Shown: positions 52,701 to 61,779 of the stretch, piece by piece | Layout of the letters: the number at the start of each line of letters is the position of its first letter | Numbering within the stretch: the first letter of the stretch is position 1 | Assembly (NCBI RefSeq): GCF_020745735.1 | Contig: NC_083417.1 | Coordinates: forward strand, 72,664,001 to 72,728,000 | Reading direction: 5' to 3' | DNA: 64,000 bases | DNA from: Hemiscyllium ocellatum | Lineage: Eukaryota | Program-made: the position numbers and the translations under genes | Notes under the pieces: model-generated | Told to the model about the DNA's origin: nothing | The model's database searches: none | What the model saw: only the letters and a program-made list of their open reading frames with translations

Positions 52701-54659
52701 ATATTAAATCAGATTTAGGAAACCAGGCACAATTAAGGGAAAAGGTAGCGGAGGGCGGAAATGCAAATAACACGATTTGCATTGTTTTATGATTTTTGAT
52801 AAAATAAGAATAATGAAGTACTGAAGGAATGGGCTCCAATGTTATGTTTTTCTGTGTACCAGAAGGTGTCTGGTAAAACGGCTCTCAGAGCTGCCTCACA
52901 CAGAGGCCCGGGTTGCATTCCAGCCATGTGTGTCTACGTGGAGTTTGCACGTTCTCCACACATGGGGTCCCCCCAGATGCACGATTTTCCACCTCAGCCC
53001 AAAGACGTGCAGATTCGGCGGATTGGCCAAGTATTGCCCCATAGTGTCCCGTGACCTGCAGGATGGTTGGACTAGCCATGGTAAAAACGTAAGGGTAGGG
53101 ATGGGTCTTTGTTGGAACGCTCATTGGAAGGTGGGTACAAACGCGATGGGCTGAATGGCCTGCACTGTAGGTATTCCATGATTCTGAAAGTCATCACAAA
53201 GCAGACAACATCCTTACATTGGAATATCAAATCCTGATTATAGTTGAGCGAGTTTAGTGGGCAACTTTGAGGTTACTACAACAACAAACAAATACCGCCC
53301 CCCGAATTATTTAAAGGTCAAGTGTCTCGATGAGGGATGTGAATTGCGAGATCGAATCCTTGATTCCTCATTTCATCTCCGTGTGCCGATTTTATAAATC
53401 ATTCTCCAATATCCAAAACCTGGTGTTACCGTGCATCATAATCATCATCTGCACAGCGAAACCCAACTCGAAGTGGTAAAGATTAATAGGAGCCTTCTAG
53501 ATTGATAAAGGGAGACACAAATTAATGTTTTACTTCAATACACTGGGAATACCATTTCCAAAGGTTGGTGAGTAATATTCGATTTTCACCGGACGCATTA
53601 CTGTAGTATGTTTGGTTCAGGAATAATATATTATACTTAATTAGATATTTCTTCACATTCGAATCTCAGTTTGATAGAGCTTTTTATGAAGCATTAAATT
53701 TCTGTGAATTCACATCTATCCCTCAGCAAGGTCTTGAGCGATAGTGGAAAAAGGGATGAAAACAGTCGCTCATTGTCCAACATTTCTCGTGGTACATTCG
53801 TGTTCTTGAGTAGAAATATATATCAGAAGGACACTTTCATTTTGTGAGAACAGTGTCTACAATTTAAGGTAATAGCAGGGTTTATCGCAACCGCTTCATC
53901 AATTGGGAAATGAAAGGGGTTACAATTCAGTTCTCGGTCAGTCAAAACGGTGTTTAATTTAAGAGATTATGTCAGACGAATCTCCTGTTACACGTTTTTT
54001 GCGTGTCCTTTCTGTTATTCAGTGCATCATTTTCAATGACAGTGGATTTATTCAATATAGTTCAGACCGGAAAGCAGACGTCAATGTTCATGGATCATCC
54101 CATTTAAAATAAACGCTTAGTATTGTGCGCTGTTGATATCACGTGAAATAATTTGCTACACATTGCACTTACCATAGATAACAAGCCTTGACCCAGTTCC
54201 ATTTACAATGGGGCTATCCGGATGTTTTACTCCACAGTAATAGACTCCAGAGTCATCGGCCTTGACGTTTAAGAGTTGCAGAGAGGCTTCACCTTTCTTC
54301 AACGGAAGAAATCGTTTCCTGCCGTCAGATCCTGACTGCAGAAGTTCGGTATCGCCGAGTTTCCACCAACTGATAGTCACATTGGATTGATCGCGAAAAA
54401 GAGGGAATGCGCAGTAAAAGGTAAAGCTTTCACCTTCGACAGCGTATGTACTTTCGGGGGTTTGAGACACTTTCATCTGACAATTTGCGACAGCTGTTTG
54501 GAACAAAATGGAAACGCCAAATCGATATATAACATAGCACCAAAGGCAAGTTGAAATGAGAAAGGACAAATCTCGAGCAGGATAGAATGAGAAATGTATA
54601 CCTGCAGAAATAATGACAAAAATATTTACAATTGGAGACAACACAATGCCGGATACCAT
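49728..54659 (-). CDS. Non-rearranging antigen-receptor-like type I membrane protein, leader-V(J-joined)-C1-TM-short tail (5 exons, about 265 aa); NKp30/PRARP/SIRP/B7H6-like architecture, orthology unresolved
   Basis: Exons 54602-54659, 54173-54493, 52090-52389 and 50017-50124 (plus candidate 49728-49738) have GT-AG ends, are all joined in phase 1, and splice into one stop-free frame: MVSGIVLSPIVNIFVIISAAVANCQMKVSQTPE...YYCGVKHPDSPIVNGTGSRLVIYVPPIPLKII...CQVTHRTLPIPVRSTFFVSNRKVHRFNIPLIPQFILGFFMILALTLIIADYVKHLKVK(GCQ*). Confidence 0.85.
50017..50124 (-). CDS. Exon 4, stalk/transmembrane/juxtamembrane (VHRFNIPLIPQFILGFFMILALTLIIADYVKHLKVK)
   Basis: 108 nt phase 1-1, acceptor cctatattttag, donor AAAG|GTAATG, long hydrophobic run followed by basic residues. 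Confidence 0.8.
50513..50757 (+). mobile_element. HE1-type SINE in intron 3 of the intact gene
   Basis: gggcagcattgtggctcagtaattagcactgctacc... head. Confidence 0.8.
52090..52389 (-). CDS. Exon 3, C1-set Ig domain
   Basis: 300 nt, acceptor ttttattttgcag, donor AAAG|GTGAGC; C1 hallmarks LIVLCKTAAFYP, LTWYKDG, NSKGLYELTS, CQVTH. Confidence 0.95.
52870..53185 (+). mobile_element. tRNA-derived SINE in intron 2 of the intact gene
   Basis: gctgcctcacacag...cccgggttgcattcc...gtggagtttgcacgttctcc. Confidence 0.75.
54173..54493 (-). CDS. Exon 2, V-set Ig domain with germline-joined J-like G strand
   Basis: 321 nt, acceptor ttttgttccaaacag, donor TATG|GTAAGT; B-strand Cys (FTFYC), WWK, DSGVYYC, NGTGSRLVI (GxG...LxV/I). 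Confidence 0.95.
54602..54659 (-). CDS. Exon 1, signal peptide MVSGIVLSPIVNIFVIISA
   Basis: ATG at 54659, 19 hydrophobic codons plus 1 nt, donor GCAG|GTATAC; phase 1 matches the V exon. Confidence 0.82.
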
Positions 54660-54694
54660 TCTGAACAATCAAATATCAAATCTCAGTCAGGAAC

Positions 54695-54704
54695 GACAGA
54701 GCGT
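54695..54704 (-). promoter_or_regulatory. Conserved upstream 10-mer ACGCTCTGTC (intact gene)
   Basis: 35 nt upstream of the ATG; shared with distant paralogues whose flanks are otherwise not alignable by eye. Confidence 0.4.
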
Positions 54705-54929
54705 ATCTTGCTTGGAAATATCGCACGGAAGGAACTGCCCAAAGTGATTTCATCTGCTGGACGCCAACTCGAGACAAAAATTACCAATGGCGGGATGGCA
54801 AACCCATCTCAACGTACATCGTCAGCATATTTGAATAATGCATGCATTGAGGCCAAGCTTGTTATTGTATTGATCAATCTGATTTCCGACCTAGAGTCAG
54901 AGAGATGTACTGCACGGAGACAGTTCAAC

Positions 54930-55860
54930 TGACTTTGCCGACCAGATACCCGAAATTCATCCAGTCCCATTGGCCCAGTAGACAGTTCCTATTCATATAG
55001 CTATCCAAATGCCTTTCAAGTGTTACAGTTGTGCCAACTTCCACCACTTTCTTGGCAGTTTATTCCATTCATGTACCACCCTCTACATTAAAAAGTTGTC
55101 CCTTAGGTCCTATTTAAATCTTTCCTTTCCCACCTTAAACCTATGCCCTCTCGTTTTGGACTCCCCCAACTTAGAGAATAGGTCTTGCCTATTTCCTCTA
55201 TCCTTGCCCCTCATGATTTTGTAAACTTCTATAAGGTCCCCCTCAGTCTCCAATGCTCCACTGAAAACAGCCCCAGCTTATTCAGCCTCTTCCAATAGCT
55301 CAAATTCTCTTACCCTGGCAACATTCTTGTAAATCTTTTCTGAACCCTTTAGAGTTTCACAACATTCTTCCTATAGCAGGGAGACCAGAATTACACAGTA
55401 TTCGAAAAGTGGCCCAACCAATGTCCTGCACAGCTGCAACATGACCTTCCAACTCCTATACTCAATGCTGTGACTAGTAAAGGTGAGCATACCAAACACC
55501 TTCTTCACTATCCTATCTGCCTGCGGCTACACTTTCAAGAATCTATGAACCTGCACTCCAAGGCCTCTCTGTTCAGTAGGATCTGTCGTTAGGTGTATAA
55601 GTCCTGTCTTGATTTGCCTTTCCGAAATGCAGCACCTTACATTTATCTCAATTAAACTCCATTGGCCAGTCCTCGGCCCATTGGCCCATCTGATCAAGAT
55701 CCTGCTCTCCTTTAATGTAACCTTCTTCATTGTTCAGAACACCTCCAATTATGGTGTAATCTGCGAACTTACTAACTGTACCTCCTATGAACACATCCAA
55801 ATCATTTATATGAATGACGAAAAGCAGTGAACCCAATACCGATCCTGTGGCACATTGCTG
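54930..55860 (-). mobile_element. CR1-type LINE fragment upstream of the intact gene
   Basis: SLLFVIHINDLD...VSKFADYT motif. Confidence 0.88.
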
Positions 55861-57599
55861 GTTGAATAATTAAAGGTATTATCTTAATATCACATGTGGT
55901 TTCATCACAGGACTAACATTCTTTTGGAAATTAATGGCACTTTTTCAGAATTTAAATATTCTTCATCTTTATCCTTGGTGATGGGTAATAAAGTGTGGTA
56001 GTATAGCAAATAAACTGAGCTTTTAGGCAACAAATCATATATAGAAAAAGTATTATATATTACTATGTAATACAGTAACAAAACAAGTGTCTGGTCATTA
56101 GCAAGATGACCATGAGGTGAAGAGACTGTCTGTCTTTTCATAAGTTTATAAAATCCTCCTGAGATAAAAATTGATGGCAAGATCTTTTGCTTGTGTTAAA
56201 AAAAGAAAGAAGATAAAGTTGCTAAGCTGATGGACAAATGATAATGAAAAATAAGGAAATTCCCATAACCTGAAATAATATTTTCTAATTGTCGTTATGG
56301 TCAAAGGTATTAAAACGAATCCCAAGAATAATAAAAATCAAGTGTCAAAAGTCCGAGGGAACTTAGAGCATTCGCTATCATTGAATTAACATTACACTTT
56401 CTAATGAAAGTGAGGATGAAAGGTCCCTTAAACCAATCCTTGAATCATATTGGAAATAATTACAGAAATAGAGGAGGCATGGGTTGCAATATTTCAAAAT
56501 ATGCTATCTTCTGGAAAGGATCCAATAAATTGGAACACAACAGACTAGATGGAAAGGAAGGAGACAAACATGAGGAAGCTATAGATCCCCAAGTCCGAGG
56601 TCTCTCAGTGGGAATATATTATAGTCCATTTTTAAAGTAGCAGCAGCAGGACGTTTAGAAAACCATGGCATGATTATATAAAAGGGAGGGATGTATTGGA
56701 GTAGGTGAGGGAAGTATTGGAACCAATGTACTCGAAAGGTCTTCTTTCCTGTTCTGTCATAACTTTATGATTCCATGAAATCGAGTAGGAATGTAAAAGA
56801 AATTGTGTGAAATAGACACTATTTGTGTGAAAAGCAACAATGTTGAATAGGGGGAGACTGTCAAGACAGCAAACTTGGACTTTGAAAGATAATCAGTGTA
56901 ATGCGCTAGAATAAAAAAAAGCAAAGTACCTCATTGCATTGATAGGGGATTGACTAACAGGAAGCAGAGTGTTATTTTGTGGCTTGACATTAACATCTGA
57001 GATGTCAAAAGGTTAAATGCTGGGGATTCAACTATTTAGAATAAATAATACTGTATTAAGTGAATGGCAAGTTTATTTTTATCAGCATTTGTTGTCGCAC
57101 AGACACAGATACAAAAATAATTTGTGAGAAGGATGCAAACCTCTAATAAAGTATTAGACCAAGAAGTGAATGAGTCAAAAATGGCAGAAGGAGCATAATA
57201 CGATAAATTGTGGAGTTGACCACATTAGCAAGGACAATAGAAAAGCAGATTAGTTAAATGGACAGGGGTTGCTGAATGCTGATGTGGTCCTATTACTTAT
57301 GTGTTGAATTGCAAAAGGTTGGCATGACAAATACTCTAATTAAAGACTTGATTGCAAATTAGCATTCAAGGGTGAATATAAATATCTAGAAAAGCGATTA
57401 GAAAGGCTTAGAACATTAGACTGAACACTTCTAGGCAAAGATGTACAATTTTCCCACTAATTTTTGAGGAGGAACAGTAGCAGTAGTTCAGAGAAATTTC
57501 ACTCAGTTGAGTCATGAGGTGCACATTTAATCATATTAGGAAGATTTGATTAAGTTGGGCTTATGCTCATAGAAATGCCATGAACGTAGGTCAGACTAC

Positions 57600-58400
57600 C
57601 ATTTTTATAAGAGCTCCAAATACCATAGTTACCTCGACCTCACCTTGTCATATCCTTCTTTCATCCTGTTCTCTGAGTTTCTTCATCTCTGTTGCATCTG
57701 TTTCAATGATGCCACCTTCCACTGGGCTGCCTCCTTTATGCCCTCCTTTTTCATCAGCCACGGATTCACCCACCCTATTGTGACTGACATGTCCTTTCAG
57801 CTGGGTCAGAACTACCTCCCAACACTGCTGCCTTCACTCATTCCCCACCTTCCCTGAGCAATGATAGGATTCCCCTCTTGTCCTCACTTGCCAGCCCACT
57901 ATTCTCTGCTTTCAAATGATTATTTCCAACACTCTAGCAGTATGCCACCATCAAACAAACCTTCATTTCCTCTCTCTTGTCAGCAATCCACAGGGGCTGT
58001 TCCATGCATGGCACTCCGGTCCACTCTTTTCACCATTCCTAATGCTTCTTCACTCCCTCATGGCACACTCCGAGATAACTGCAGAAGTTGTTACACTTTC
58101 CCATTGACTTCTACTGTCCCGAGTCTCCAAGGCACTAAATGTGCCTGATAGGTGAACCAATATTTTACTTACTTTTCTTTCAATCTACTCTACTGCATTT
58201 GGTGTTCACTTCTTTACCTGGAACTTCCAGTTGCTTGCTATTTCAATAAACCACCTCAGTCACATGGTAACATTTAGTACTGGCCCAGGCGCAACATTCC
58301 AATGAAGTACAATGGAAGCTCAATGAACAGCATCCCATTTTTCACTTTGCCACTTGACAGCCTTGACTTCTCAATATTGACTTCAGTAATATCTGAAACT
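57600..58400 (+). mobile_element. Degenerate Penelope-like element
   Basis: Decayed SQFLRL.RICS-like and FPLVL-like segments, many stops. Confidence 0.5.
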
Positions 58401-58959
58401 GATCTGTCATCCATTTTCATTACATTCTCTCACCTCCCCCATCTTACACACCTTATTTGAGTCTGGTTTAATTTGCCCTTATTATAAACGACCTGCTTCC
58501 TTTCTTTCACACTTAAACTTACCCATTTTGCAACACTTTTCCTCCTTCTTCAATATTAAAGCCCCCTTTCTATATTAAATTGGGCCTCTACCTCTCCCAA
58601 CAGTATAACAAAAGTCCATTTTCCTTTCAGTTCTGAAGAAGAGCCAAGTCAGACTCGAAAGGTTAACTCTGCTTCTGAATCCATGATTGCTGCTAGACCT
58701 GCTGCATTTCTCCAGCATTCTCTGAGTTTCCCAGAAACCTCAGATATTTGCCTTTCTTCCACCACTTTGAATGGCATGACTGTGGGACAGCTGACCAGTT
58801 TCTGTTATGATATCAGACCATCACACTGTGATAAAGCTTGATTCGGGACTAGCATATTCTAATTTAACATTAGAAAGAAATGTCATATCCAGGTATTTAA
58901 TTGGAGATGAAGACTCAACATTTCATGATTTTGAAGCAAAAAGACAGTACTTTATTCAA

Positions 58960-59701
58960 AGTTTGGGAGAAGATTTGTAGCTCGGGTGCTCGTTGTTGTG
59001 GTTTTGTTTGCCGAGCTGGGAATTTGTGTTGCAGACGTTTCGTCCCCTGTCTAGGTGACATCCTCAGTGCTTGGGAGCCTCCTGTGAAGAGCTTCTGTGA
59101 TCTTTCCTCTGGCATTTGTAGTGGTTTGAATCTGCCGCTTCCGGTTGTCAGTTCCAGCTGTCCGTTGCAGAGGTTGGTATACTGGGTCCAGGTCGATGTG
59201 CTTATTGATTGAATCTGTGGATGAATGCCATGCCTCTAGGAATTCCCTGGTTGTTCTCTGTTTGGCTTGTCCTATAATAATAGTGCTGACCCAGTCAAAT
59301 TCATGTTGCTTGTCATCTGCATGTGTGGCTACGAAGGATAGCTGGTGGTGTCGTTTCGTGGCTAGTTGGTGTTCATGGATGCGGATCGTTAGCTGTCTTC
59401 CTGTTTGTCCTATGTAGTGTTTTGTGCAGTCCTTGTATGGGATTTTGTACACTACATTGGTTTTGCACATGCTGGGTATTGGGTCCTTCATTCTGGTGAG
59501 TTGTTGCCTGAAAGTGGCTGTTGGTTTGTGTGCTGTTATGAGTTGTAGTGGTCGCAGTAGTCTGGCTGTCAGTTCGGAAATGCTCTTGATGTATGGTAGT
59601 GTGGCTAGTCCTTTGGGTTGTGCCACATCCTCATTCCGTTGTCTTTCCCTTAGGTATCTGTTGATGAAATTGCGCGGGTATCCATTCTTGGCGAATACAT
59701 T
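58960..59701 (-). mobile_element. Penelope-like element 3-prime fragment (GIY-YIG endonuclease)
   Basis: ORF 59051-59626 with VVYKIPYKDCTKHYIGQTGRQLTIRIHEH and FLEAWHS; hammerhead-bearing terminus. Confidence 0.9.
59031..59070 (-). ncRNA. Minimal hammerhead ribozyme motif at a Penelope 3-prime terminus
   Basis: GCA CUGAGGA U GUCaCCU-AGAC-AGGgGAC GAAAC GUC UGC, just downstream of the GIY-YIG ORF. Confidence 0.72.
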
Positions 59702-59704
59702 ACT

Positions 59705-60015
59705 TAGATTAGATTACATACAGTGTGGAAACAGGCCCTTCGGCCCAACAAGTCCATACCGACCCGCCGAAATGCAACCCACCCAGGCTCCTACATTTAC
59801 CTCTTACCTAGCACTACAGTCAATTCAGCATGGCCAATTCACCTGACCCACATATCTTTGGACTGTGGGAGGAAACTGGAGCACCCGGAGGAAACCCAAG
59901 CAGACACGGGCAGAACGTGCAAACTCCACACAGTCAGTCGCCTGAGGCAGGAATTTAACCCGGGTCTCTGGCGCTGTGAGGCAGCAGTGCTAACCACTGT
60001 GCCACCGTGCCGCCC
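59705..60015 (-). mobile_element. HE1-type SINE between the inverted Penelope arms
   Basis: Reverse complement of GGGCGGCACGGTGGCACAGTGGTTAGCACTGCTGCCTCACAGCGCC... Confidence 0.9.
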
Positions 60016-60029
60016 ACAAATTGTATAGG

Positions 60030-60845
60030 TCTTCTTCTTCTTCTTTTGCAAAAGAAGTTGCATCAAGACACTATTCAAAAGGGCCACAACACACTGCAGT
60101 ACACCAGAACTGCAAAAAGAGGAAGAAGAACACCTATACAATGTATTCGCCAAAAACAGATCCCCGCGCATTTTCATCAACAGATGCCTAAGGGAAAGAC
60201 AACAGAACGAGGACATGCCGCAACCCAAAGGACTAGCCACACTACCATACATCAAGAGCATTTCTGAATTGACAGCCAGACTACTACGACCACTAGGACT
60301 CATAACAGCACACAAACCAACAGCCACTCTCAGACAACTCACCAGAATGAAGTATCCAATACCCAGCATGTGCAAAACCAATGTAGTGTACAAAATCCCA
60401 TACAAGGTCTGCACAAAACACTACATAGGACAAACAGGAAGACTGCTAACGATCAGCATCCATGAACACCAACTAGCCATGAAACGACACCACCAGCTAT
60501 CCTTCGTAGCCACACACGCAAATGAAAAGCAACATGAATTTGACTGGGACAGCACTATTATTATAGGACAAGCCAAACAGAGAACAACCAAGGAATTCCT
60601 AGAGGCATGGCACTCATCCACAGATTCAATCAATAAGCACATCGACCTGGACCCAATATACCGACCACTGCAACGGACAGCTGGAACTTACAACCGGAAG
60701 TGGCAGATTCAAACCACTACAAATGCCGGAGGAAAGATCACAGAAGTGCTTCACAGGAGGCTCCCAAGCACTGAGGATGTCACCTAGTCAGGGGACAAAA
60801 CATCTGCAACACAAATTCCCAGCTCGGCGAAGAGAACCACAACAC
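60030..60845 (+). mobile_element. Penelope-like element 3-prime fragment, inverted relative to 58960-59701
   Basis: ORF 60215-60787 is nearly identical in protein to 59051-59626. Confidence 0.9.
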
Positions 60846-61779
60846 TGCATAAGTTGGAACAGTAATGCAATCTACATAGCATCCATAACATATTACTAAT
60901 AGCAGGAATTAGCATATGATAAATATAATATAATAACTGTTATATCACCCCAAGAAATGCATTAAATGTTAAATGAGACCTGGACAGGCACTGTGGATAT
61001 CTCAGTATTTCCTCCCAGATGCTGAGGCACAATGAGTTATTATATCTCGTTGAATTTCATATTGGACTGCAATTCTGTACTTGTGTGAACTACTGTTGAA
61101 ACCATTTCTCACAGTTTGCCCCACTATACTCTGCTTCAAATATTGCTCCTGTTTTGGTTGATTGACCTCCTGTCCTGAGTTCACGATCCCGTGGATTCTG
61201 AATAACACTCTGGAGTACCCCTTCACCTGGAATGAGTGGATTGCCTTTTGAGGAAAAGCTACACAGGCAAGGCTATTTTCCTCTGGAATATAGAATAATC
61301 AGAGGTGACTTAACTGAAGCATGCAAGATCCTGAGAGGCTTGACTGGATAGATATTGAAAGGATGTTTTCTACTGTGGGTGGATCTCGAATTAGTGGTCA
61401 TAGTTAGAAAATAAGGGGGCATTCATTTAAAACAGAAATGGTTTGTGAGTATTTGGAATTCCATTCATCAAAAGGAAGTGGATGCAGAATCTTTAAAAAT
61501 TTTTAAGCAGAGGTAGATAGATCCTTGTTTATTAAGAGACCATGCATGAATGTAGAGTTGAGGCTAAAGTCAGGTCAGACTATTGTTGTTATTGTTCATG
61601 TATTCATATGCTCACAGGCACAACTCCAGTAGGTGTACCCTAAAATATATCTGGATGGATATATGAATAGGAGGGGTTCAGAGGGATGTGGGTCAAGTGC
61701 TGGCAAAAAGGACTAGACTAGTTTAGGATATCTGGTCAGCATTGATGAGTTGGACCGAAGGGTCTGTTTCCATGCTGTA

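Noticed and set aside
49728-54659. Assigning a symbol such as NCR3, NCR3LG1, SIRPA, TAPBP or a TCR/IgL locus name
   Set aside because: The architecture overlaps several families and no search or phylogeny could be run; no RSS or separate J segments support a rearranging locus.
54156-54668. 170-aa single-exon ORF as the real product
   Set aside because: It reads through a GT-AG intron and past the V donor; the spliced model fits the paralogues better.
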